A stretch of 64,000 bases of DNA from Octopus sinensis (taxonomy: Eukaryota): contig NC_043006.1 of assembly GCF_006345805.1 (NCBI RefSeq), forward strand, positions 65,906,001-65,970,000, written 5' to 3'. Position numbers and translations under genes: made by a program. This document shows positions 50,901 to 64,000 of this stretch, piece after piece. The notes under the pieces are model-generated. The model saw only the letters and a program-made list of their open reading frames with translations, had not been told where the DNA came from and searched no databases. Numbering within the stretch: the first letter of the stretch is position 1; each line of letters begins with the position of its first letter.

Positions 50901-53900
50901 CAGGTCTTCTCAAGCATATCATATTGCCCAATGCATCATGGATACTCTTAACTGGGCCGAACATGCATGGTTGCAATCTCAGTTTAGTTGCCAGGTCTTC
51001 TCAATCACAGCATATCTCCAAAAGACTTGATCTCCGGTCATTGCCTCTGTGAGGCCCAATGTTCAAAGGTCATACTTCATCACCTCATCCCATGTCTTCA
51101 TGGGTGAGGCGGTACCATGGCCAATGAGGTATACCCAAGGTGTGGTTATTGCTAGTTGAAAACTCTTCATATATATACATACATATATTTATGTGTCTGT
51201 GTTTGACCCCCACCATCGCTTGACAACCGATGTTGGTATGTTTATATCCCTGTAACTTAGTGGCTTGGCAAAAGAATTGATGGAATAAGTACTGGGCTTA
51301 CAAAGAATAAGATGGTATGTTGCCGACTTAATGTGGTAGTCCCATGAAAGGGAATAATGCTACTGCTATTTAGCACTAGGAAACACCATTTCCAGTTGGC
51401 CATGACATATTTTTTGTGTCCTTATGTTTTCAAAGTGGTTGGCATTAGGAAGGGCATCCAGCTGTGGAAACCATACCAAAACAGACTGGAGTCTGGTGCA
51501 GCCTTCCAACTTGCTAGCCCATGTCAAACCGTCCAATCCATGCCAGCATGGACAACACATGTTAAATGATGATGATTAAATGATATACACATCCAGTTTA
51601 TATTTAAAAGGGTAGTGAGCCATAGAAACTATACCAAAGCAGACACCAAAGTTTAGTACAGTTTTGGTCTGCTAGCGCCTGTTGAACTGTTCAACCCATG
51701 CCAGCATGGAAAGAGAAAGTTCAATAATGATGATGTTGATGCCTATAGAAGAGCACATTCTATTCTGTTACTGATTAAAACTACTGGGTATTGGCTTTCA
51801 AGCACCCAGTTACTTTAATCGATAAGGGAATACTTTCAAGTTCCTGAAGCCTTTTTTAACTATATTGTACTGGGAATTGGACAAATACCTACTCACCAAC
51901 TGAAAACCCTACATGGGTGATTATTTCATCCTGTAGATACACTCTAGATCTTCTCTATCGGTTTAAAACCCTAATTAATAACAGTCAGCCAACAATAACA
52001 AGACTACTGGTAAACAAGTGACAAGGACAGCTGATAAACAAATGCCATGTTTTTACATACTAATCTACGAAAACAGACGAATGATATCACTTATATGACA
52101 TTGATACATGCTTACACCTATTACACAATGTCAAAACAAGAAAATACAAATATACATGTATATACATATACATCACACACACACACACACCGGGTGTCTT
52201 GCAGTTTTTATCAACCAAACCCACTCAAAAAACTTTGATTGGTTTGGGGTTATAGTAGAAGACACTAGTCCAAGATCCCATACCTATAAATACACACACA
52301 CATATGCACAAACACACACACACACACAGAGAAAGTATTCTCATTCAAAATGGAGATGAGCATCAACACTTTCATGAAGTATGCTTGAACAATTGTGAAG
52401 ACCTTTTCACATGAAACCATTGGTTACCTTGTTAACCCAAAAACCTTGATGACCAATTCAACAAACAACACAATGAACTACACACACACATGTATCGGCA
52501 AAAATTATGATAATTTTATTAATTAAAAAGTATGGAGCATATGTTCAAAATGAGGAATGTAAAAACATCAATAAATTTCTTACACAAAGGCTTAGCACTT
52601 GTACAGTAAAACAATATTTAATAGTGAGACATTACACTTTGATCTTAGCCAAAACAAGCTGTGACCAACAATTCATAAGTATCATAGTGCATACCACTTG
52701 TCAAATACAACAGGACGCAATAATATACAAGCACAAAACATTTGTGCTGTCACAAATGACAGCTTTAATACTTATAATAATCTGCATTGGTTCATGGAAC
52801 AGCTTAATGACAGCTATAACTATTTAATAACAATTGATAATGCCATGTTTACAAATGTATTACAATGTTATTTATGGAACACTGAAAGGTTTCTGTGTAA
52901 TTATGTTATTCCAGAATGTCCTTCATCATAATACAAGCTGTGCTAGATACATGTGAGCACAGCTTTAACAGTTCATATAAGACAATCCACTGTAATCTTA
53001 CCTGGCATGTAGCAATTAGTAACTCATTTGTCTCTCAGGTAGTAACAGCGTTGACATGGTAGAGCCTGATCTGACACAGAAAGTGACAAGCGACTTGTAG
53101 TTCACCAGCTTTTTTAATGTGACATGATCCTTTGTGTTCAGGGTCAGGAAATATATGGAGGCCTCTGGTGGGGGTTGTGTTATTCTCAGTAGTCAGATGC
53201 AGTTAAGACAGCTGAGATTGTTTAGTAGGTCCAAAACATTATCAACAACAACACTGATGAGTTGATGAAGGCCATTGCTAAGAAGCACAGTGGTAGGGCC
53301 CACTATAAAATATGTAGGGCACAAAAATATCAGGTACAAGTCCTATATAATGACAAAAGACAAGTTCATATCCAGCAAAACCCACTATGCAATTATGTAA
53401 TCCTCTCCAACATCATGTGATCATCTCACTGTCTTGATTTTAACCCCTTAGACAGCTGTACCTTGAGTGACACTGGGAAGGGGAGGGGAAAACAAGCTAC
53501 CAGACCTACCATGCCAAGGGTTTATTAAGAGCTATTGTCATGGGTATGGTGGGTTGCACTGATAAGGACCATTTGATCCTAGCATGCAGCCACTTCAGTG
53601 GCAACATTGGGACTGAGAGCAGTTTTGTTTAAGAACCTGTCTCTTTAATGTAAATAGTTGAACCCTTCAGAACCCTTAAGCATTCACATTACTCTGTCAA
53701 ATGTGATGTTTATTTATTCATTGTTTTCAATTAACTGTGTATTATTTTGTATCTTTGAGATTTTGATGATGTGGCTGTGTACTTGTAGAATGTAGGGTAG
53801 GTGTGAGAGATGGGACCTGGCTGGTTTGCATGTAAAATAGGTAGAATATCTGGGCTGGATATGGCTGGTTTAAAAGCTAAAAGATTAAAGAGGAATCAGG

Positions 53901-54905
53901 TTATGAGATTCCCTTTCAGCATAAGGTTGCCTGGCACAGCCTGTGTGTATGTGTGTGTTTGCATATACACACATGCATACATAATGGATAGAAGTTGGTT
54001 TTACACTGGAAGGAAAGGTAATTAAGTAAAAAAAAAAGTACTCAGCACTGCTTGGTGTTAGTTGGAGAGGAATAACATTATTTATTCAAAGCTGAGTCTG
54101 GGTGTATCACCTAAGGATGAAGAACAAGAAACTGTATTGCTGCTAAACAAACACCATATGATTTCCAAAATGTAACAAATGTCTTGCTATATTTTAGGAG
54201 AATCACACACTCACACATACACATCATGACATATCATATCAGGTTGCTTTTGTGTTGCTGGTAACATGTAGCCCTGTACAACTAGCAGAATGGCTGGGTC
54301 ATTGATGAGGAGGGTGACTTTTGGACACCCGGCAGAATGAAAAACAAGATCGGTCAAAGGGTGAAAGAACTCATAAGAGTCAAACAGTCATCTAATATAG
54401 TCAAGGGTAGATGCTGCTCACCAGTCATGGTAAAGACAACCATCTAAGAGAAGGAAATGTCTGAAATAAAAACCAGTCAGTGTGGGCTTGCATCCAGCTC
54501 ATGGTGTTTTACACAGAAAAATATTATGCCGTGGAGTTATAATTTTGTCTATGGACAACTGATATAAAAGAAATATATGTACGTATATAGGTGCAGGAGT
54601 GGGTGTGTGGTACCTTGAGCAAGTGTCTTTTACTATAGCCACGGGCCAACCGAAGCTTTGTGATTGGATTTGGTAGACGAAAACTGAAAGAAGCCCGTCA
54701 TATATATGTGTGTGTGTTTGCCCCACCTCCCCACATTGCTTGACAACTGATGTTGGTGCATATACGTCCCTGTAACTTAGCGGTTCGGCAAGAGTCTGAT
54801 GGAATAAGTACTAGGCTTACAAAGAATATGTCCCGGGGTTCATTTGCTCGACTAAAGGTGGTGCTCCAGCATGGCTGCAGTCAAATGACTGAAACAAGTA
54901 AAAGA

Positions 54906-54947
<42 letters not shown>

Positions 54948-57900
54948 TCTTTTACTTGTTTCAATATATATATATACATATATATATACTCTTTTACTTG
55001 TTTCAATATATATATATATATATATAAATAAATATATATAAATAAATAAAAGAAGTTGAAAATGCACTGGGAAGTTTTAGATGTTTTATTTTAAAGATTT
55101 CTTTTTAAGTGAACTACATGTTAAGTGAACTACAAAGACTTGAGGTTATGCTGGAATTGTCTTGCTTCTGACTGGATTTTATTAATTCTCTTGTTTTTAT
55201 AGAGATAACACGGCTTAAATTAGTGTCTGTTTAGGACAGAATTTGATTGGCAGAGAGTGATCACATGATTATGCCTAAACATCTTCATGATTTTGCCATG
55301 ACGTATCTGTGTTAATTCCACATGGCAATATTTTTTTTGTGTAGTAAGTTGAGGCTGACGCTAAAATTAAATTTTAAACTTTTGAAAAATTCAATGATTC
55401 CCCCCCCTCTCTCTCACCCTCTAAGTGAAGAGTAGATTGTATGAAATTTATGTAAGTTCAATGTCACTTGGTTGTTTAACATGGGGTATTAAATGCAGAA
55501 ACCGTGTGAACTTTTCAAAGTAGTTAAAAATCAAGGCAAACATGCTCTGCTGGGAGTATAATTGTGTAACTGATTAAAGAAAAAAAACTCATAAAAATTT
55601 TTTATTCAAAAAATATAAGCTCCATGCACCAGTGAAGCTTTTTTTTTTTTTTTTTTCTGGGTCAAAACAACCACACCCATGAAAGCACTAATCTAAATTA
55701 ATTTTAGAAATTAAAACTTGCTGATGTTCTCATAATCTATCCAACTACACACACACAATGACAGGTATTGATAAAAATAGAACCAAACATCACTCAAATA
55801 AAAAAAAACCCACACCTTACACACACAACAGCTTTTATGACAATATAATCAAATACCACTCAGATATATGAAAAAAGCCCATGTTACACACGCACACACA
55901 ATATTTTTCAGCCAAATAAACACTAATTCCATTTCAAGAAATCTGAAAATTCCTGGCTGGATTGAAATTGTTGGTCACTATAAAACATGGAAGCCTCTAA
56001 TACCCATAACACACACATGATCTTCTGTACACAAATGCATATTAACACTAACTCCCTTCCTCATCTTGTTCCTCTTTCCTTTCTAAGTGACTACCAGCAT
56101 GGCTATTTTTAAGGCCATGATCTACTGGGGACTGTTGTAATGTGGATCCTCACCCACTTCGTATGTCATTGTTGGCACTGTAATATTCTTGTCGTCACTA
56201 TTATGTTGTGGCGTTATTCTGTGTCTGATTATCTCTTCCTCTTCTGTCATGTTGTTGCTGATAGCTCCTTAAGACAATAATATTTGGACCTTCTAGCTTG
56301 ACGGTAACTCAAGCCCATATATATCACGTAATTGACGCTAACTCCAACTGAGAACTCATACAATGACTGTTACTACAAATGACTGACTAACTTTGCCAAA
56401 TGGGAAGGGTGTACCATTTTCACTACAGCAGAGACTTTGTAGCTATTTGTCTATCTCAACCCCAGTAATTTATACTGGTACTGCAATTAATGAATGGCTA
56501 AGCCAATCTTGGTGTAAAGGGACATGAATCAATAAATACCATAGTGTTGGTGGCATGTAAAAAGCACCATCTGAATGTGGTTGATGCCAGTGCCCCCACC
56601 TCACCCCCTGACTGGCTCCTGTGCCGGTGGCATATAAAAAGCACCATCCAAACATGGTCGATGCCAGTATCTCCCATCCTCCCCAACTGGCTCCTATTCT
56701 GGTAGCATGTAAAAAGCACTGTCCGAATGTGGTCGATGCCAGTGCCACCTGACTGGCTTCTGTGCTGGTGGCATGTAAAAAGTACCCACTACACTCTCGG
56801 ACTGGTTGGCATTAGGAAGGGTGTCCAGCTGTAGAAATGTTGCCAGAACAGACTGAAGCCTGGTGCTGCCTACTGGCTCACCAGTCCTCAGTCAAGCTGT
56901 CCAACCCATGCCAGCTTGGAAAACAGACAATGATGATGATGATGAGAGACATACTTTCCTAGGTCAATCACCAATGGCTTCTTGCTCTTTAGATAAAACA
57001 ACGTTGTTGCCTTCTGACATCAGCAAAGCTTTAGACATATGGGTTAGAGAAATGTACCAAAGCTACATTAAGAACAAAAACTGGAAATCTTAATTGAGAT
57101 ATTGACACCAAAAGCAGAGCATCATCTTCATCATCATCATCATTTCACCCTTTAGCATTCAGATTATTTTCTCAAATGTAATTCTTATCTATACCCATTG
57201 CTTTGAGATTTCAATGATGTGAAAGTTTATTTTTAGAATGATAATGTAGGGTAGATGTAAAAAGTTGGACATGGCCAGTTTGAACAAAAAAAAAAAATCA
57301 AATAGAATATTTGGGCCAAATGTGGCCAGTTTCAATGCTAAAGTGTTAATACGTGTTTCCCATGTCTGTATAGGCTGGATGGATTGGCAAAAGCACATGA
57401 GCCAGAGGACTGCGCCAAGCTCCAATATCAGCTTTAGTATGGTTTCTACAGCCCTCCCTGAAGCCAACCACTTCACAGAATGTACTGCCTGCTTTTTATG
57501 TGGCATCTACCACTAGTGAACTCACCATGTGGTTCACAAGACAAACCCCACTCAACTGAGGCAGGGGTGCCATATTGTAGGAGGTGGCTATATACCAGGT
57601 GATGATAGAGGGACAGAAATGAGTGTCTTGCAGTAGATGAGGCACATGGCCACCCTGTTTGGAAAGGAGAGAATATGGTGAAAAGGCATCAGGAAGTACC
57701 TTCATGTTGCAGTTAGGTGAACAGAAGAGAAGCAGTTCAGAGGACTGAACAGGGTTAAATGCACAGGAAGTTTGCAAGAGTATGAAAGGAGTGTGGCTAC
57801 TAATGTAAATGCTTAGGAGGAAAATGTGTCAAGGCCAACAGGAAACGGTGTTTCCTAGGGCTAATTAGCAGTAGCATTCTTCCCTTTCATGGGACTGTCT

Positions 57901-58029
57901 CATTAAGTTGACAACATACCATCACTTTATCGTGCTGCTATTGTATAAATCTCTCTGAGAGATTTAGAAATGTATTAGAAAATTACTATTTCTAAATCTC
58001 ACAACGAGATATTCAGCAACAGTACTTTG

Positions 58030-58324
58030 TAGTAAAGATTGTTTGCCAACATAACATGGCAGTCCTGGTTTAAGACTAATGTTGCTGTAATTTAGCCCCA
58101 GGAGACATTGTCTCCAGCTGGCTATACAACACGATCTGTGTCCTTACATTTTCGAACAAGGGAATTTTGAGCTGAGTAGGAGTGCTAGATTCCCTTGTTC
58201 AAAAATGTAAGGACACAGATCATGTTGTATAGCCAGCTGGAGACGATGTCTCCTGGGGCTAAATTACAGCAACATTCATCCTAGACCAGGACTGCCATGT
58301 TATGTTGGCAAGCAATCTTTACTA
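58030..58324. mobile_element. Second copy of the 21316-21722 palindrome with the hammerhead-containing centre deleted
   Basis: Same termini TAGTAAAGATTG / CAATCTTTACTA. Arms 58030-58165 and 58189-58324. Confidence 0.88.
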
Positions 58325-58426
58325 GAAATGTATTATTTCTATTTTCGAAATCAGTGAATGTATTTCACTTGAAATATATATGTTTTCAAAGGTGGATAGG
58401 CATCGACAGCTAGCAAGCCATGCTAC

Positions 58427-58469
58427 TCCAGACTGATGATGAGCAATGACTCTGAAACTAGTCTGTGGA
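58427..58469 (+). ncRNA. Type I minimal hammerhead motif, slightly degenerate
   Basis: TCCAGA CTGATGA T GAG-CAATGA-CTC T GAAA CTAG TC TGTGGA: palindromic CTAG stem III, GUC cut after 58463, one stem I mismatch and T.T at 10.1/11.1. Confidence 0.65.
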
Positions 58470-60669
58470 TGCCAGCTTTGCTGGGTGGAGGTGTTTATCT
58501 CCCCTTTGAAAACATAAGGACACAAGAAATGTGTCAAGGCCAACAGGAAACAGTGTTTCCTAGGGCTAAATAATAGTAGTAGTCTTCCCTTTCATGGGAC
58601 TGTTACATTAAGTTGGCAACATACTATCAAATTAATAAGAGTAAATTAGAAATTAGTTCCAGAGAAGAGACTACTATTGAAAACTAATATGAAAAACTGG
58701 AAATAAGATTATAAATACACTAATCATGTGAGTTATGAAACTATAGTTTCAGACAATAAACTCTAAGTTAAATGAACTAGAAACTTAGAGAAAACCAGGA
58801 AACTATTCACAGATTCTGAAGTTACGAGTTGCTATATAGTCGCAGGTGTGACTGTGGTAAGAAGTTTATTCTCCAATCACATGGTTCCAGATTCAGTCCC
58901 ACTGTGTGGTAACTTGGGTATTTTCTACTAATAATCTTGTGAATGGATTTGGTAGACAGAAATTGAAAGAAGCCTGTTGTGTATATATATGCATATGTGT
59001 GTATGTGCTTGCCTCCCACCTTTGCCTGATACTAGAGTGAGTGTATTTATGTCACTGTAACTTAGCGGTTTGATAGAAGAGATCCAATAATTATCAGGTT
59101 TTATTAAAAAAAAAATGTACTGCAGTCAATTCATTTGACTAAAATTCTTGAAGGCAGTGCCCCAGCATGGCCACAGTCTAATGACTGAAATGAGTAAAAA
59201 AATAAAAGATAGCAGGTAAGAGTGGATCTGATTCAAATAGAAAACAACTATAAAACAAGAGCAGTCAGAGAGTGCAAACCTCCACCAATGCAACACCAAA
59301 GTCCTCTCAATGATAAGCCAGAGATGAGTTTTAAAGTGAGAATATCTGAAATAAACTCAATTGCTCTCACAAATGAGAATGCTAAAAATGAACCCAACTG
59401 CTCTCAAAAATTAAGATAAAAACAGGAAAAATAATCCAGAATCCTTGTCTGGATTGACCCCAAAATCTAATCAGGTCATGCCAGTCACTAAGCCAAACAT
59501 CCCTGAAAGTTTCATCCAAATCCATCCAGTGGTTCTTGAGATATCTTGTTGACGGACAAACAAACACAATTGAAAACAACACCTCCGCCTTTGCTAAAGC
59601 GGAGGTAATAACAACAGTGGGACTAAATGATTTCTGAGAATCAAGCAAAAAGAAACTTGTAAATGTCATAAAGAAATACGAGCAGAACAGAAACACTCTC
59701 TTTAAAGAAAGAAACATTAAAGTGAAAGGTAGAAGTTAGATATTTAGATCACAGACACAGGGATCATCATCATCATTATTATCGTTTAATGTCCGCTTTC
59801 AATGGGTTGGACGGTTTCAATGGGTTTCATGGGTTGGACGGTTTGACTGGGGACTGGCAAGCCAGGAGGCCGAACTAGGCTCTAATCAGATCTGGCAATG
59901 TTTCTAGAGCTGGATGCCCTTCCTAATGCTAAACACTCAGAAAGTGTAGTAGGTGCTTTTTACTTGCCACTGGCATGGGAGCCAGTCAGGTGGCCCTGGC
60001 AACAACCCATGCATGAATGGTGCTTATTGTGTGCCACCAGGATTGGCTGCTTAATTAAGGAACTCACTTTGCTATCCTGTGGCTTCAGGTGAGAGGGTGT
60101 AGGGGTCATGCAAGATAGGACCCTTATAAACACACTTGTGTATGTGTCTGTGTGAGGGGAGAGGGTTATGTCAGCATAGAGTACTACTTTACTATAATAA
60201 TGTCTGACTGAAATGAAGGAATTTATCTCCCGTCTTGTTAATGTTGGCACTGTATTTCATCTTAGAAGAAACAACAAAATAATATGTACGAGAGACAGGA
60301 AACTATATACAAAATAACCCAATTGAAATTAGTCGAAGAATAAAATGAAAGAAAGACTTGCTGTAGGCGTAACCCCCCACCCCCACACTGACTTGTTACC
60401 CCCCCTCCTAAAACAATTTCTCAGCAGCTCTGAAATTGTCGCAGGCAATAAACAGTGACTTACTACCCCTCACCCTTCCACTCCATTGGCTCATTCCATT
60501 ATAACAAGATTCTATTCCAACAGCCAGGCATTCTCTAACACCCTGGGTCAGTAATTACAGCAAAATAATAACCCAAATCAAAGAACCAAGACAACAACAA
60601 CAACAACAAGACAGACATATACTTGTTCTGTTATCCTACTTAATTAAACACAAACCAATCAGTCTATTT

Positions 60670-60920
<251 letters not shown>

Positions 60921-63139
60921 CACATTCGCTTAATTAAAATTAAGTCTAATGACTATTACTGCTGCAGAGGGAGTGTTGGGGAGATAAGTGATGATGACGA
61001 TTGTGGTGGTGGTGGTGGTGATGCTAATAATGGTGGAATAGCGGTTGTGGTAAGGATAGGGGTGGTCGTAATGATGGTAGTAGTGGTAATAATTGTAATG
61101 ATGATAACGATAGGGGTGATGATACTGATGGTGGGGATGATAACGACAGTGGTGATGGTGGTGGTTGTGGCGATTAATAGTGTTGCAGGTGCAGAAAAAA
61201 ACTGAGACCGAGGGAGAAGATTGAATATCATTTTTATTTTCCTACTTCTTGCTGGTTTCTCTTTGACTAAAAGACAGGATAACTTTTGCTGGTGATACTG
61301 CTGTTGTTACAGCGACGTTAACCAAATCGACACGAATGGACCCACAAAAGAGGGTCCAAAATGGTAAAAACAGAACGTTTCATTATTGTTTTATATGAAA
61401 CCGATTCATACAAAGGAACAACGAAACATTCTGTTTTAACCAAAAGTACTAATAAAGAATTATCCAAATTTCTGATTGCCTCATTTCTTTCAGTATATAT
61501 ATATATATACAGTGAACAGCCATGATGACACCGGTTTGACTTTGAATCTCTTTAACAAATCAAAATAATGAATTTAATTCCTCTTAATTCTACCTCTGTT
61601 CATCTAATTGTATTTATTGCTACTTTTCGTAAAAAAAGCCTCTTTTTTTTTTGATATTCAATGTGCATTTTTGCTCTTTTTCTTCTTACTTTCTCCATAT
61701 CTTTTCCATGTGTAGTCTCTATTTTCTTTTCGAAACATATTTCTATTATATATGTGTATATATATATATCGACTAAAAATTCTAAAGCATGTCGTATGAT
61801 TAAAAATGTAAAGAAACTAAAATATCTATCGACTAAAAAAATGTTCTTACTCTCCTCAAACAAAGGAGTATGTTAAAGGTTGGAGATCAGGAGTCCACAA
61901 AATCAAGTCAAACTTGTTTGCAAGTGCGGTGTTATATATAAAGTCGTTGACTCGAATTTGATGTTTGTTCTATGATCAATGTTTTGTATGCCTCTGTGTG
62001 TGTGTGTGTGTGTGTTTGTTCCTCATCTGTGCATAACAACTAGTGTTTGTTTACATCCCCGTAACTTAGTGGTTCAGCAGAAGAGACTGATAGAATAAAT
62101 ACTAGGCTCAAAAAACAAAAAAAGTCCTAGGGCTGCAGTCAAATGACTTAAATAAGTAAAAAAGACACACACACACTATTATTAAGGTGGCAGTGTGGCA
62201 GAATTGTAAACATGCCAGGCAAAATGTTCAATGGCATTTCATCCAACTTAATGTTCTGAGTTCAAGTCTCACCAGAGTCAATTTTGCCTTTCATCTTCTT
62301 GGGATCAATAAAATAAGTACCAGTTGAATGCTGGCCTGGTGTCAAAATTTGAAACTGTTGTTACTATTATGGTTGATGTTTCTCTATGCTTGCATGGGTC
62401 ATACAAAGTTTATTGAGGCAGACTTTTCTGTGCCAGGATGCTCTTCCTGTTGCCAATCCTTACCTGCCTCCAAGTAAGGCAAGTTTTTGTAGAATATTGG
62501 ACATAGAAGACATTTATCCATTCATTTACAACTACCACATGATGCCAAGACAAATACACACACAAACACACACAGAGGTTTCTTTGTTTTGTCTACCAAA
62601 TCCATTTACAGGGCTTTAGTTGGCCTGGGGCTATCATAGAAAACCCTCCAAGGTGCCACATGGTGGGACTGAACTCAAAAGCATATGGTTGGGAAGTCAA
62701 GTTTCTCAACCACACTGCCATGCCTGCAGCCAGCCAGAGAGAGATGGATTGATGGATGGATGGATGGAGGGATAGATTGATGGATTGATGGATAGATTAG
62801 ATAGATAGATGGATAAATGGATAGACAGACAGGCAGATAGACAGACAGACAGATAGACAGACAGATAGATCACTTGTTTACATCATTAGTGGTTGGGGTA
62901 TAAATTGACCAGGAATGGACACAGGCACAAAGGGATTACATGTCAATGAGAAATAATAATTGTCTTAGAAAATAAGTGAAAAATACATTGAAAGGGTTTC
63001 TACTGATGGGGTTTAGTGAGTTGGTAAGCTTAAAATTGTGCCAGCAGCTATAAGTATTTGGGTACACGCGAACTTAAACAGTACAATTTCAGTTTAATCT
63101 GAGTTACTATATAATTACTGAGAGTGCACAAAAACTAAA

Positions 63140-63193
63140 CATATGTGTGTGTGTGTGTGTGGTGTGTTGTGTGTGTATACATACATACATACA

Positions 63194-63224
<31 letters not shown>

Positions 63225-63353
63225 CATACATACATACATACATACATACATACATACATACATACATACATACATACCATACATACATACAACATACATA
63301 CATACATACATACATAATACATACATACATACATACATACATACATACATACA

Positions 63354-63385
<32 letters not shown>

Positions 63386-63488
63386 CATACATACATACAT
63401 CATACATACATACATACATACATACATACATACATACATACATACATAATACATACATACATACATACATACATACTACATACATACA

Positions 63489-63519
<31 letters not shown>

Positions 63520-63656
63520 CATACATACATACTACATACATACATACATACATATACATACATACATACATACATACATACATACATACATACAACATAC
63601 ATACATACATACATACATACATACATACATACATACATACATACATACATACATAC

Positions 63657-63706
<50 letters not shown>

Positions 63707-63710
63707 ATAT
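63140..63710. repeat. (ACAT)n microsatellite followed by (TA)n
   Basis: Direct inspection. Confidence 0.95.
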
Positions 63711-63777
63711 TCAGAAATACATATATAATATGTATGTAAAAACATAGGCACACACACATATATATATATATTACATA

Positions 63778-64000
63778 CAGGGTGTCCTCCAAAAAAATGT
63801 ATACACACATTGAATGATAAGGTCAGTGTTAATTAAAATACATTACATTTTGCAAAATTTAATAGAATCTACAGACTGAATGTAATTTTTTTATGAATGC
63901 CTATTTTCAAATTGATTACTGTTCTAGTTAAAGTACTGCTGATAATGTGACAATGGAATTGCAAATATTAAGAAACATTTTGTTCAGTATTTGCATGCAT
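63778..64000 (+). mobile_element. Probable left end of a Tc1/mariner-type element running off the window
   Basis: TA|CAGGGTGTCC start is typical of Tc1/mariner TIRs. The partner end is not visible. Confidence 0.45.

Noticed and set aside
51895-51935. Possible 34-nt minus-strand micro-exon
   Set aside because: Length and peptide do not fit the phase-0 CHPF segment expected upstream of 48918.
52999-53070. Exon-like segment on the minus strand with good acceptor and CAG|GTAAGA donor
   Set aside because: Stops in all three frames and no CHPF similarity.

Overview
AT-rich, microsatellite-laden eukaryotic DNA. The SINE/LINE families look cephalopod (Octopus-like), which is an inference. Two intron-rich genes converge tail-to-tail: the last three exons of an aldo-keto reductase (+, 2210-11024) and the last five exons of a chondroitin polymerizing factor (CHPF-type) glycosyltransferase (-, 48918-19922). 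Splice sites and phases were checked by hand, and the 5' exons of both genes lie outside the window or were not found. Introns hold a TIR-complete but dead mariner, a decayed Penelope-like element (RT + GIY-YIG), a Chapaev3-like transposon relic, RTE and R4/Dong-like LINE fragments, many SINEs and MITEs, and several long palindromes. The main unexplained signal is a set of Type I hammerhead-ribozyme (HHR) motifs. (i) A ~492-bp near-identical tandem array (39068-40382) has one HHR per unit, a retrozyme-like architecture. (ii) Four divergent short elements each have an HHR followed 77-80 nt later by a covarying hairpin, and end ~165-173 nt after the cleavage site. (iii) The Penelope 3' end has an HHR with a U3:A8 variant core. 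(iv) A tRNA-type SINE carries an HHR-like tail. Eight of nine HHR motifs are antisense to the CHPF transcript. All ribozyme calls come from manual base-pairing and none is tested.
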